Of a DNA stretch of 14,081 bases, positions 13,956 through 14,081 are shown in pieces (the stretch's first letter is position 1; each line of letters begins with the position of its first letter). Below the pieces are notes generated by a model. It searched no databases. It was not told the DNA's origin and worked only from the letters and a program-made list of their open reading frames with translations. The translations under genes and the position numbers were made by a program. Source of the stretch: Halalkalibacterium halodurans (lineage in GTDB: Bacteria > Bacillota > Bacilli > Bacillales > Bacillaceae_D); assembly GCF_004376175.1 (NCBI RefSeq), contig NZ_SNUY01000082.1, positions 1-14,081 on the forward strand, given 5' to 3'.

Positions 13956-14081
13956 GGTAGTGTCAAAACTTCTATGAAAACCTTATTTGGATCTAACACT
14001 ACTACCATTTATTAGGTGGAAAGGCCGCGCTATCGCTCTTGACAAACACGCCAATGGTTTATTCAGAGGTCAATCAAGGGC
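13956..14081. repeat. Right arm of the inverted repeat flanking the window (partner 11..135). It continues beyond the right edge.
   Basis: It starts abruptly at GGTAGTGTCAAAACTTCTATGAAAA and runs to the last base of the window. Its reverse complement matches 11..135, as detailed for the left arm. Confidence 0.9.

Overview
This is a Bacillaceae-type chromosomal segment of mostly core genes, most of them on the minus strand. Reading left to right: yugI-like S1 protein, a DEAD-box helicase, thiM, alaT, alaR, a DUF1694 protein, luxS, a small membrane protein, a YihY/BrkB-family protein, HU, an RDD protein, bioY with a clear BirA operator, a truncated DNA-alkylation-repair remnant and a yuiF-like transporter. 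I saw no rRNA, tRNA, CRISPR array, transposase or integrase.

Four things stand out:
1. The best candidate for an undescribed system is a translationally coupled three-gene operon at 11475..13733 (-). It encodes an ECF sigma factor, a PadR-like winged-helix protein with an N-terminal extension sitting where an anti-sigma factor would be, and a divergent SEDS (FtsW/RodA)-like polytopic protein with an N-terminal DUF1700/permease-prefix-like cytoplasmic domain.
2. The whole window is bracketed by inverted copies of a repeat of at least 125 bp (11..135 and 13956..14081). The repeat runs off both edges and has the architecture of a mobile-element end.
3. The 600-bp non-coding gap upstream of thiM (2792..3392) has no recognisable THI-box. 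It does hold an orphan plus-strand terminator, a 70-nt nested hairpin and a second structured domain.
4. A gene remnant at 9635..9904 marks an old deletion junction.

All functional calls come from reading the translations and motifs by eye. No database search was possible.
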